From the NCBI GenBank assembly GCA_041661385.1, contig JBAZUP010000001.1, positions 354,560 to 418,559 on the forward strand: 64,000 bases of DNA, given 5' to 3'. Numbering within the stretch: the first letter of the stretch is position 1; each line of letters starts with the position of its first letter. A program made the translations under genes and the position numbers. The notes below the pieces were generated by a model. The model did not search any database and was not told the DNA's origin. It worked only from the letters and a program-made list of their open reading frames with translations. The DNA comes from Patescibacteria group bacterium (GTDB lineage Bacteria; Patescibacteriota; Patescibacteriia; Magasanikbacterales; GWA2-37-8). Below are positions 37,618 through 46,484 of this stretch, one piece after another.

Positions 37618-40600
37618 TTATAAACCCCAATAATTAATCAAAGCTTGTTGATATGCAGGTCCGGGATCGGATTTGTAATTAGCAATATTTGAATGACCTA
37701 CTATTCCATTAAAATTAAGCAGTTGCTGTGATTCATTCTGAAAATCAAGGATATTTGGAGTACTACTGTTTGGGAAAATTTTTACGTCAAAAGCATACTG
37801 ACTACCCAAAAAATTCAAGAGATTAACTAATGAGATAATTTGACTCATGTGTGGTTGTTCCCAATACCTATAACCACCCCACGTTGTTGTGTTATCAAAA
37901 ACCATTCTACTATATCCATCCGGTTTAAATACGGCACCTCCGTCAGTTCTAAAAATGCCATTTTCAGTCGTTGTGTTTAGAAATCCATAATTTACCAACT
38001 CAATCCCAATTGTTGCGTTAGCGCTCCCATATTCATCATCACATTCGAATTCCTTACCAACCCAATGACCCCGAATACAACCATCGTGATACGAAATATT
38101 TTTGTCTGCAACCAATTGATAAATTGTTCCATTCTCGTCTTTATCTATTACATAGTGCGAGCTTTTTCCTCCAGGAATGTTGAAGGTGTCGATTGCGTTT
38201 TGTGCTGTCTTACCTGCGGTATAATGTATAACCACCTGTTTTATATCCTCTGGTTTTCGCATTTTTTCCGTACAATTGTCAGAACCTGTTTTTAATAAGG
38301 TATTATAACAATTATTTTTCATCCAATCATAATTAATATTCAACGGATTCGACGGTTTCTGAATTATAATATGCACTGTAGTGGTCGTTCCATAATTCCC
38401 TATCAAATCCCAATCTCCCAACCCAATATTCGTAGAATTAATATTTGTCGTTTCTTGCCAAACAACAGTACTTGTTCCAAAATTCACGGTGTATTGAGCG
38501 TTCCAATGAATGTTGTCCCCAATTGTAAATGTTTGATTATTTGTTGGCGAGTATATAACAGCCGACGCAGAAGGCAATAACCTACTCATAAAAGCGTCAT
38601 TCCACATTGAAGTAAATTGCTCAACAGTATACCCACCATTCAACCCCTCCCCAATAATATATCCAGCAATGCCTTGGTCAAAACTAATCGTTATGTAAAC
38701 TAAGCCGGTCCAATTTCCGTAAGTAAATGGAGCCGACGGTGTGTAGACGGTTTTACCTGCTTGTACCGCAGTATGAAAGATAGTTTTGGTCGTGCTTGTT
38801 ACAAAAAGCGAATCAATATCGCTTTCATTTGCCGAGGTAATTTTGCGCATTGTAATTCCTGGAAAAGTGCTTGAGGCGACGAGCTTTAGGCCTTTGACGG
38901 TAGAAATTGCTCCGACACTGAAGTTTTCTTCAAAAATATTTGACTCATCAAGCGAGGCTTGGAGGCCAAATATGGCCATGAACTCCTTCTTATACGTAGT
39001 TGAATCATCGTTAAATCGGTTAAAATAAGTGACCTTTGCCGATGAATCAATTCTAAGGCCCTTCCAATCAAAAGAGTACGGCTGACCATTGCTATAGGTA
39101 ACAGAGATGCCGTTAAAAATTGCCGCGCGCGTTGCTGTATGGGTAAAATCGGCCCCGACCACCTTAGCCAGCTCTCTTTCCGTTTGATCTAATCTATACA
39201 AATAATCTAAAGCCGATTTATAGAGTAATTGATTGGAAACAAAACTATTAGTTTGAGTGTCGGCTGTCGGGCGTAATTCAGGCGGTACGACTCGGTCGGT
39301 ATTTATTGCTATAGCATTCGTATTGCCAGTAATAATATTTTCATCCTGGGTTTCTACGGTGTTAACAGATACTGAACTGCCGATTTCACGCGTTGGCGCT
39401 TTAAATACCATTGAATAATTTTGATTTCTGCCGAGAGTAGAAGTGGCGGTGCTTGTTACGACAGAAACTCCATTTATTTTAATTTTTGCGTTGACCGCAA
39501 CAAGTGAAAGTGGCACGACATCATAGATAGTATCGAAAGTATTTAGAGTATCCTGATCTGCTTGCGTAGCCGGATCATAAGTCATTAACAATTCTTTATC
39601 AGCTAAATCAGAAACATTAGCAGTGTAATCAAGAATCGTATTTTGTTGGTCATCTAAAACAGTAAATTGAACAGTGTGCCGTAGGGTTGAAGGGATATAA
39701 TCATAAGTGTTTAAATCGACTACTACTTGATATGGCAATGTCCCAGGAATAAATGACAAATTTTGTTGCTTTGGATAATAACGGACCAATGCGTCACTAT
39801 AAGTTGAGGTCGGGGTGCTGCTAGAGGCCAAATAATTTTCCACTAGTGTTTGAAAAGCGGCAATCGGGGTGGACGTGCCATAATTATTGTTTAAATAATT
39901 ATCATAAAAATTCAAAACGTTAAATCCATCAGCGTTCATCCCTCCGATTATATCTACCGGCTGTTCATAATAATACGCATTAATGGTAGGGTCCATCGGT
40001 ACCCACTGACTACTTCCACCATCGTTTAGGTCAACGCCGCGGCTATAACCATAAGGGATATATGCCTCAACATATGTGTGTTCAATTACAAAAAACAGTG
40101 GATTATTATCGCTATCCACAAAGTAAATATATGGAATGTTTGTAAGTGTTAAAATTTGGGCGGCTGCTTCTGCAGATTGAACTCCGAGCAAATCTGTAAC
40201 TTCACTGACGCTCATTTTAGCGTCAATATGCCGATACCGAGCCGGAATATTGCTGTACCGCAACATCGCAATGAGAAGGGCCGACTTATCCATGTCGTTA
40301 CCTGCCCTTTCAATTAAGGTGGCATCTGACCCCTTCTTTGAACCGTAATATGGAATGTAGTCTACATTATTGTGAACGTAGTTTAGAATGGTCAACGGAC
40401 TATTATTTAAAGCATCAGCTTTGTCCTTGATAGCCTGAGAAAAAATAATCTCATTTCCGGCGGCCAGATAATCATTGGGGTTAGCACTAACATCCGCCAA
40501 TGCTTCCTGCCCCAAAAATGAAGTCAATCCCTTTTTCTTTAAAATTAAATCAAAATTTGAATTATATAATTTGCCGCCGTTAAAAAAATTCTTTATTTTT

Positions 40601-41295
40601 TGAAGCAGATTACTACCCTGCTCTTTATTATTAGAAAAAAGTTTGTTGTAATCCGATTCCGGTTTTTTATTAATCTGCCCGTTAAATGTTTGAACCTTAA
40701 ATGGCTGTTTGTTGGCCAGATTCTCGATATTCTTCCGTTCTTTGTCCGCGTCGGTATTACCGGTAAAAAAATCAGTTATTTTTTTAAAAAATCCTTCCTG
40801 TTTTGGACTCTCCGCTTGTTGATTTCTATAGGCATCAACACGATCAACTACATCCTGTGGCAAACCATTATCAATAAGATGCTGCTTGACCTTGTTTAGT
40901 TCGGCGTCCAGTGGAAGTGCTGGGTCTTTTTTAAATTTAGTTTTATCTTTTATTTCCGTCGGCTTAACTACTACCGGTGGGCCGCGATCTTGTTCTACTG
41001 TTGTTGACGGTGGAGTACTAGATACTGAATTTTCCTGATCCACCGCTCCAGTGGAAGTTTGATTTTCTGGAACCAACAAAGTATCCAGTAACGCCGCATC
41101 AAGATTTGTTGGGACGGTTGAAGAATTATTTGTGGGATCATAAGCGTTTAACCCGCTTTCCAAAGTTGAGCTATCAACTTGAGCTAAAGCCCGTGACACG
41201 GAAGGTAAAACAAGCGAAAGAGCTAAAAAAAATATCGCAGCAAGATGCGCGATTCGAATAATCCTACGACCCTCATTTGTAGAATATTTTTTCAT
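37618..41295 (-). CDS. Secreted protein with an inactive transglutaminase-like domain and a C-terminal N-acetylmuramoyl-L-alanine amidase (Amidase_2)
   Basis: Signal peptide; YYGSKKG...GNDMDKSALLIAMLR..IPARY, HTYVEAY, WVPMDP. Amidase motifs VIHYT, SSHYVID, IGIELVN, GHSNI...KSDPG. Confidence 0.85.
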   Translation of the reverse strand: MKKYSTNEGRRIIRIAHLAAIFFLALSLVLPSVSRALAQVDSSTLESGLNAYDPTNNSSTVPTNLDAALLDTLLVPENQTSTGAVDQENSVSSTPPSTTVEQDRGPPVVVKPTEIKDKTKFKKDPALPLDAELNKVKQHLIDNGLPQDVVDRVDAYRNQQAESPKQEGFFKKITDFFTGNTDADKERKNIENLANKQPFKVQTFNGQINKKPESDYNKLFSNNKEQGSNLLQKIKNFFNGGKLYNSNFDLILKKKGLTSFLGQEALADVSANPNDYLAAGNEIIFSQAIKDKADALNNSPLTILNYVHNNVDYIPYYGSKKGSDATLIERAGNDMDKSALLIAMLRYSNIPARYRHIDAKMSVSEVTDLLGVQSAEAAAQILTLTNIPYIYFVDSDNNPLFFVIEHTYVEAYIPYGYSRGVDLNDGGSSQWVPMDPTINAYYYEQPVDIIGGMNADGFNVLNFYDNYLNNNYGTSTPIAAFQTLVENYLASSSTPTSTYSDALVRYYPKQQNLSFIPGTLPYQVVVDLNTYDYIPSTLRHTVQFTVLDDQQNTILDYTANVSDLADKELLMTYDPATQADQDTLNTFDTIYDVVPLSLVAVNAKIKINGVSVVTSTATSTLGRNQNYSMVFKAPTREIGSSVSVNTVETQDENIITGNTNAIAINTDRVVPPELRPTADTQTNSFVSNQLLYKSALDYLYRLDQTERELAKVVGADFTHTATRAAIFNGISVTYSNGQPYSFDWKGLRIDSSAKVTYFNRFNDDSTTYKKEFMAIFGLQASLDESNIFEENFSVGAISTVKGLKLVASSTFPGITMRKITSANESDIDSLFVTSTTKTIFHTAVQAGKTVYTPSAPFTYGNWTGLVYITISFDQGIAGYIIGEGLNGGYTVEQFTSMWNDAFMSRLLPSASAVIYSPTNNQTFTIGDNIHWNAQYTVNFGTSTVVWQETTNINSTNIGLGDWDLIGNYGTTTTVHIIIQKPSNPLNINYDWMKNNCYNTLLKTGSDNCTEKMRKPEDIKQVVIHYTAGKTAQNAIDTFNIPGGKSSHYVIDKDENGTIYQLVADKNISYHDGCIRGHWVGKEFECDDEYGSANATIGIELVNYGFLNTTTENGIFRTDGGAVFKPDGYSRMVFDNTTTWGGYRYWEQPHMSQIISLVNLLNFLGSQYAFDVKIFPNSSTPNILDFQNESQQLLNFNGIVGHSNIANYKSDPGPAYQQALINYWGL

Positions 41296-41457
41296 GTGAT
41301 TACTATAGCACTTAACCAAATTAAATCAAATATTTGTATCCACAGCAAAAATATGACCGTTGTAGGCAACGTAATAATTATAAAAAACCGGATTACACCG
41401 GCTTTTTATTTTGAAACAGATTCGTGACCCCGATGGGTCACTTGAACCTGTCCTACG

Positions 41458-41532
41458 TGGCAGGCCCGCTCAGATTCGAACTGAGAACTCTCGTTTTGGA
41501 GACGAGAATTTTACCATTGAAACTACAGGCCC
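41458..41532 (-). tRNA. tRNA-Trp (CCA)
   Basis: GGGCCTG acceptor, anticodon arm CTCGT-CTCCAAA-ACGAG, T-loop GTTCGAATC, encoded CCA end. Confidence 0.93.
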
Positions 41533-41966
41533 ATTTTTTCCTTCCAATATTTACCTCTTTGAAATGTTTTGATTCGGTGACAATTTGCACATCGAACCTT
41601 ACATTTTTTTATTTCGCTCTGAATTGATTTAATTGAATGACAATTTCTAATCATCTGCGAAATACCCATCTCTTTTCCAAACACATGATCAAAATCCAAT
41701 GTTCTTATATCTTTATTACCACAATCCACACACGGATTTTTTTGTAGATACTCGTAGATAAACTTTCGCAATTTACTAGTCTGTTTCTTATTCCATTTTC
41801 TTGCTTTCTGCAAATAAACATTCTTATTTGCAATATAGTGGGACTTTCTATACGCCGAATGGCAACCTTTACACAAAGAATTGAACCAACCCTTTGCTTT
41901 ATTCTTCCAATTAAACTCTGATACTGGTTTATTGCTTTTACATTTTGAACAAATTTTGGATTTCAT
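41523..41966 (-). CDS. Free-standing zinc-finger HNH endonuclease overlapping the tRNA-Trp 5' end
   Basis: CSKC...CKGC finger; CVDC...LDFDH...CANCH HNH core; last codons and stop lie inside the tRNA gene. Confidence 0.88.
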   Translation of the reverse strand: MKSKICSKCKSNKPVSEFNWKNKAKGWFNSLCKGCHSAYRKSHYIANKNVYLQKARKWNKKQTSKLRKFIYEYLQKNPCVDCGNKDIRTLDFDHVFGKEMGISQMIRNCHSIKSIQSEIKKCKVRCANCHRIKTFQRGKYWKEKMGL

Positions 41967-41977
41967 ATAGTATGTTC

Positions 41978-42006
41978 ATACTACCATATGCGGTCTCCAA
42001 AATCAA
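41978..42006 (-). promoter_or_regulatory. Promoter of the HNH/tRNA-Trp unit containing a tRNA-Trp anticodon-arm-like sequence
   Basis: TTGATT-17 nt-TAGTAT preceded by TG; plus-strand CGGTCTCCAAAA at 41991-42002. Confidence 0.6.
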
Positions 42007-42027
42007 TCCCAGTTTGTAATACAATAT

Positions 42028-42834
42028 TTATTCGTCTTCAACAACTTTCTTCGACTTCTCAGACATCACCACCGCGAGCATGAAAGCCAGCATCGCCATA
42101 AATTCAACATAACTTATTCCAATGCCCATTAAAGTAAACGCCATGCCGATAATACTTGGCAAGGTGATAGCATACAAACCGATAATAAATAAGTTTTTTA
42201 GTTTCAAGTTGCGGCCGGTGAATTTGGCCATGACCGAAACAACTAAAGCAACTACCAGAATAGTATACAACTTGCTAATGAAAAAGACTACATAGAAACC
42301 GATAAAAACCGCGATAACGCCAAGGAAATAAAACCAAGGCTTTAAGAAGTTTTTCAGTGTGGATTCGAGCTGCCCTTTCGTTACCGTACCGTCTGGAACA
42401 TTTGCCCATTTTTGAATTCGGCTCTGGCCGCTTTCACTATCATTAAACTCCATGCGGTCGGCAGTGACAAACAAGCTGGCTTTGGAAGTCGAAGTAACAT
42501 AATCGGTCAAAGCGGCAGTAGTAGTTCTGACCGTATCAACAACTAAAACAAATTGATCATTTATCCGGTAAACAAAGGGTTGTGCCAAACGATTAACCTG
42601 AAGTGAACCGTTTTTAAAGTTCGCTTCAAAATCCGGCACGTTCGAAGAAAAATATTTTTGTCCGTTGGTAATTATCGGCCAAGCGCTGAGAGAAATCGGC
42701 ACGGCGACTGCAACTGACAAAACAAACACCCATAACGAAAAATAAGTCCACGCCCGGTCCGCGGCGAAGCGTTGTTTTTTTAACCACACGGGGTTATATA
42801 AACTATTTAGAAACGCCTTATAAAGGTTTTTCAT
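42028..42834 (-). CDS. DUF1189-like membrane protein
   Basis: N-terminal TM, VPDF..KNG.L extracytoplasmic domain, C-terminal TMs with YAITLP. Confidence 0.75.
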   Translation of the reverse strand: MKNLYKAFLNSLYNPVWLKKQRFAADRAWTYFSLWVFVLSVAVAVPISLSAWPIITNGQKYFSSNVPDFEANFKNGSLQVNRLAQPFVYRINDQFVLVVDTVRTTTAALTDYVTSTSKASLFVTADRMEFNDSESGQSRIQKWANVPDGTVTKGQLESTLKNFLKPWFYFLGVIAVFIGFYVVFFISKLYTILVVALVVSVMAKFTGRNLKLKNLFIIGLYAITLPSIIGMAFTLMGIGISYVEFMAMLAFMLAVVMSEKSKKVVEDE

Positions 42835-42877
42835 AAACCTGATAATAAAGGACGAGGATCTAGCCTCGTCACATTAT

Positions 42878-43033
42878 TTATTTCGTTTCTTTGTGAGCAA
42901 CGTGTTTCTTGCAGTGCCGGCAAAACTTGGAAAGTTCCAAACGGTTCTTCAAGATTTTTTTGTTCTTGGAGCTGAAATAATTTATTCGTTTGCATGAAGA
43001 GCATTCGAATTTTACCATGTTATCTTGAGACAT
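42878..43033 (-). CDS. rpmG: 50S ribosomal protein L33 (Zn-binding type)
   Basis: Manual translation MSQDNMVKFECSSCKRINYFSSKNKKILKNRLELSKFCRHCKKHVAHKETK. Confidence 0.95.
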   Translation of the reverse strand: MSQDNMVKFECSSCKRINYFSSKNKKILKNRLELSKFCRHCKKHVAHKETK

Positions 43034-43064
43034 ACTTGTTAAATTAAGCGCATTAATCGCGCTG

Positions 43065-43137
43065 AGCCGATGTCGGGAATTGAACCCGAGACCCCGTCCT
43101 TACCATGGACGTGCTCTACCATCTGAGCTACATCGGC
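43065..43137 (-). tRNA. tRNA-Thr (GGT)
   Basis: GCCGATG acceptor, anticodon arm CGTCC-ATGGTAA-GGACG, GTTCAATTC T-loop; CCA not encoded. Confidence 0.93.
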
Positions 43138-43163
43138 GTCGAGTAAATTTTCAAATCCCCTTG

Positions 43164-43236
43164 AGCCGTCTCGGGGATTTGAACCCCGGACCTACAGTTT
43201 ACAAAACTGTTGCTCTACCAGCTGAGCTAAGACGGC
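43164..43236 (-). tRNA. tRNA-Thr (TGT)
   Basis: GCCGTCT acceptor, anticodon arm ACAGT-TTTGTAA-ACTGT, GTTCAAATC T-loop; CCA not encoded. Confidence 0.93.
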
Positions 43237-43276
43237 ATGGATAATAAATCGCTCAGTTGATTGAGCTATGTTGAAC

Positions 43277-43361
43277 TGGTGGGCAGACTAGGATTCGAAC
43301 CTAGGAAGGCGTAGCCAGCTGATTTACAGTCAGCCCCGTTTGACCGCTTCGGTATCTGCCC
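43277..43361 (-). tRNA. tRNA-Tyr (GTA)
   Basis: GGGCAGA acceptor, anticodon arm GCTGA-CTGTAAA-TCAGC, long variable arm, ACCA end. Confidence 0.95.
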
Positions 43362-43369
43362 ATTATTAC

Positions 43370-44275
43370 TTACGAGAGGTCATTGATACGCGACTGAAAA
43401 CCCTCCAATTTATTGTTTTGGGGATTAGCCAGCCGAAGTTCCTGAAATCCTCTTTCCGCCAAGTCCTTATCGTGACATAGTATAGCAGTTTCTATCATTA
43501 AGTCAAGATATTTAGGATTCTTCGGTTCAAGCTCCACCGCCTGTTCTATTGCTTCCTTTGCAACATCCGGCTGATTTACCTTTAATAAGAGCTCTGTAAG
43601 GTGAAAAAACCGCGAAGACAGCGAATCATTCAAAATAACGGCCTGCTGAAGATAATTAATCGCTTCTTCCACATCCCCGCGTTTTTCGAGCATTTCCGAG
43701 ATTTTTACCATTGCCGCGTCATCGTTTGGCTGTAATTGAAGTAAAAATTGGTAAGTTTCTTCTGCTTCCTCAAGATTGCTATTTGCGAGATAAGTATCGC
43801 CAAGACCACGATAGGCCGGCGCGCATTTTGAATCAATCTTAATAGCGGCAATAAATAATTCCTCAGCTTTTTCAAAATCCCCTTCACTTAAATTATAGGT
43901 TCCGTCTTGAATAAGTGAAGCAAGTTTGGTTTCCACCGCTTCGGTCGGCAAAACGGCAACTTCCGCGGCATCCTTGGCTCTTTGTTCGTGATGTAAAAGC
44001 CGCTCTACCTTGCCCACATAAATTCTAAATTTTAATTGTACTTTTCCCCAAATTTTTCGGAATGGCGAAGTGCGACGCAAAAATGCGAGCAACAAATGAT
44101 GCCGCTCGGCAGCGACTCTTTTTCCGATCATTTCTTTTTTCTTTTTTAATTCTTTTTCCGACGGTAAATTTTCGAGATCAATATTTGCTAACTGAGAAAA
44201 TTTTTGAATAGTTAAAAAAGCCATGCCGCCAAGACCGATAGCAAGAATAGCCGAAGCAATAATATAATAGATCAT
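43370..44275 (-). CDS. Membrane-anchored tetratricopeptide-repeat protein
   Basis: N-terminal TM; repeated AE..F..A...D...AY..LG..Y TPR pattern. Confidence 0.85.
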   Translation of the reverse strand: MIYYIIASAILAIGLGGMAFLTIQKFSQLANIDLENLPSEKELKKKKEMIGKRVAAERHHLLLAFLRRTSPFRKIWGKVQLKFRIYVGKVERLLHHEQRAKDAAEVAVLPTEAVETKLASLIQDGTYNLSEGDFEKAEELFIAAIKIDSKCAPAYRGLGDTYLANSNLEEAEETYQFLLQLQPNDDAAMVKISEMLEKRGDVEEAINYLQQAVILNDSLSSRFFHLTELLLKVNQPDVAKEAIEQAVELEPKNPKYLDLMIETAILCHDKDLAERGFQELRLANPQNNKLEGFQSRINDLS

Positions 44276-44277
44276 AT

Positions 44278-45024
44278 TTATTTCAGCTGAGCAACCAATT
44301 CTGACCAGGTTTCGATTTTTGCGGAAGCGCCGCCAACCAAAACCCCAGAGATATGCGCTCGCTCTAAATAGCGGCCAATATTTTCTCCGCGCACGCTGCC
44401 GCCATACAAAATTACCGGTTTTTTATTAATTAATTTTTCCGTCCAATTGCTTATCATTTCGGAAGCTTTTTCGGCCTCCCCTGGTTCACATGATTCGCCG
44501 GTACCAACGGCCCAAACCGGTTCATACGCAATAATTGGTGTAATATTTTCCGGCCAGGAAATATCCATAAAAGCCGCCCGGATTTGCGCTTCTAACACTT
44601 CAGCTGTTTCATTCTTTTTTCGATCTTCCGCAGTTTCACCCACACAAAGCACCGGCGTAAGAGAAAGCTGAAGCAAAGCATCGAGCTTCATTCGCACATC
44701 ATGATTACTTTCTTTAAAAATATGACGGCGTTCGGCATGCCCTACCAAAGCGTGAGTGCAGCCGATTTCTTTATAGGTAGTTGAGGAAACTTCTCCGGTA
44801 TAACCGCCCTTATCCGCCCAAAAAGTATTTTGCGGCCCAACAAACATTTTACTTTTTTGAAGAATTTTTTTGACCGATTCAATCGCGATCGAAGACGGAA
44901 AAACCGCCACCTCGACGGATTTTGCCGGATACTTTAGTTTGGCATAATCCTTCGCCAGTTTCACACTTTCTTCAACATTCAAATACATCTTCCAATTGGC
45001 GAAAAGATAGATTTTTTTGTCCAT
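44278..45024 (-). CDS. tpiA: Triosephosphate isomerase
   Basis: ANWKM, GGYTGEVS, GHAERR, AYEPVWAVGTG, LYGGSV, LVGGAS. Confidence 0.97.
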   Translation of the reverse strand: MDKKIYLFANWKMYLNVEESVKLAKDYAKLKYPAKSVEVAVFPSSIAIESVKKILQKSKMFVGPQNTFWADKGGYTGEVSSTTYKEIGCTHALVGHAERRHIFKESNHDVRMKLDALLQLSLTPVLCVGETAEDRKKNETAEVLEAQIRAAFMDISWPENITPIIAYEPVWAVGTGESCEPGEAEKASEMISNWTEKLINKKPVILYGGSVRGENIGRYLERAHISGVLVGGASAKIETWSELVAQLK

Positions 45025-45026
45025 AT

Positions 45027-45158
45027 TCGAAATAAGTGAGTGAAGTATTAAACTTGTTTAATTACTTCCGAACGAATGAGAATATATGTAATATAATCGA
45101 AATAAGTGAGTGAAGTATTAAACTTGTTTAATTACTTCCGAACGAATGAGAATATATG
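45027..45158. repeat. Two identical 62-bp tandem units (period 70 bp) of the dispersed structured repeat
   Basis: 45027-45088 and 45097-45158 are identical: tcgaaataagtgagtgaagtattaaacttgtttaattacttccgaacgaatgagaatatatg. Confidence 0.92.
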
Positions 45159-45183
45159 CGGCGAATCCCATATATATTTTATA

Positions 45184-46482
45184 TTATGCTCCCTTTACCA
45201 TAGCAATAACTTTCTCTTTGGGCAAGGGACTAATGATTGCAAGGCGTAGCTCATCCATATTAAACAACTGCTTGGCAAGTTCTTGAATTTCTTTTTTGGT
45301 AACCTTGCTAATTTTCTTTATAATTTCTTCCGGTAGTTGAATTTTATCATTGAACAAAAATTGTTTTCCAAACCATTCCGCCTGTGTGCTACTGTCTTCC
45401 AAACTTAAAGCTAATCGTCCGGAAATATTACTCTTGGCATTTGCCAATTCTTCATCAGTTACCGTTTCGTTTGCCATTCGAGAAATTTCCGCCTTAATTA
45501 CCTGCAAAGCCTCGGTTAAACGGGCCGGATCAAGACCTGCCTGAACATGCATTACTCCAACATCGCGAAAAGATGTGGAACCGGCTCGCACCATGTACGC
45601 GAGACCGCGTTTTTCACGCACCTCAACAAACAAGCGCGAACTCATGCCAACGCCTAAGATATTAATAAGAAGTGTAGCGGCAAAACGATCCGGGTGAGTA
45701 TTGTGCAAACCGGGAAAACCAAGAATGATATGAGCTTGATCTACTTTTTTCTCTTCTGCAAGGATTCTTTTTTCAATCGGCGCGGATTGTTTTGACCAAA
45801 CAAATTTTGCAAACGCTTTTTCGTAATGATCATAATTAAATGAACCTTTGGGAGCAAGCTGTTTGCCAAAATAATTAATAATTTTCTTTTCATTTTTTGG
45901 TGTAATAGCACCGGCCACAATAAGCACCATATTTTTTGGTGAATAATGTTCTCGATAATATTTATTCAGCTGTTCGCGATTTACGCCGCGCACAGTTTCC
46001 GGCGAGCCGCCGATATCCCAACCAATCGGCGTATCACCGAACATAACAGAATCAAAAAGCATATCAATCGCCATGGTAGGATTATCTTTATACATTCGCA
46101 ATTCTTCCACGATGGCGCCTTTTTCTTTTTCCACTTCTTCCTTATCAAATTTTGAATGATAAATAATATCGGACAAAATATCATACGCTACTTCCTGCTT
46201 GTCGGCGGCAATTTTTACATAATAACCGGTATAATCTTTGGAAGTAAACGCGTTATAGTCGGCGCCGAGCGCCTCAAGCGTGCGGGAAATATCGGTTGCT
46301 TCCGGGCGCTTTTCAGTACCCTTAAACAACATATGCTCGACAAAATGCGAAGCGCCGGAAAGCTCCGGTGTTTCGTAGCGTGAACCAATCGGAAATAAAG
46401 CGAGCACAGTGATTGAGCGCGCGCCTTTTAGCGGTACCTTAATAAATGTAATGCCATTTTTTAATTTTGATTTTTTATACAT
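45184..46482 (-). CDS. M16 (pitrilysin/insulinase) family zinc peptidase
   Basis: GSRYE, HFVEHMLFKGT, NAFTS, SSRLF.EVREKRGLAY. Confidence 0.95.
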   Translation of the reverse strand: MYKKSKLKNGITFIKVPLKGARSITVLALFPIGSRYETPELSGASHFVEHMLFKGTEKRPEATDISRTLEALGADYNAFTSKDYTGYYVKIAADKQEVAYDILSDIIYHSKFDKEEVEKEKGAIVEELRMYKDNPTMAIDMLFDSVMFGDTPIGWDIGGSPETVRGVNREQLNKYYREHYSPKNMVLIVAGAITPKNEKKIINYFGKQLAPKGSFNYDHYEKAFAKFVWSKQSAPIEKRILAEEKKVDQAHIILGFPGLHNTHPDRFAATLLINILGVGMSSRLFVEVREKRGLAYMVRAGSTSFRDVGVMHVQAGLDPARLTEALQVIKAEISRMANETVTDEELANAKSNISGRLALSLEDSSTQAEWFGKQFLFNDKIQLPEEIIKKISKVTKKEIQELAKQLFNMDELRLAIISPLPKEKVIAMVKGA

Positions 46483-46484
46483 AA

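Larger units (their letters stand above)
17961..41464. mobile_element. Putative serine-recombinase integrative element inserted at the 3' end of tRNA-Trp
   Basis: Encodes a large serine recombinase and defence cargo. Both ends share GCAGG-N15-GAACT in register with the tRNA-Trp 3' end (16/25 identity by eye). Confidence 0.55.

Noticed and set aside
41424-41448. gtgaccccgatgggtcacttgaacc resembles the reverse complement of a tRNA-Glu-like 3' end
   Set aside because: No cloverleaf and no matching tRNA in the window. It is equally explained as a 7-bp hairpin (gtgaccc/gggtcac) downstream of tRNA-Trp.
45027-45158. Possible CRISPR array
   Set aside because: Only two 62-bp units with an 8-bp gap and no cas operon.
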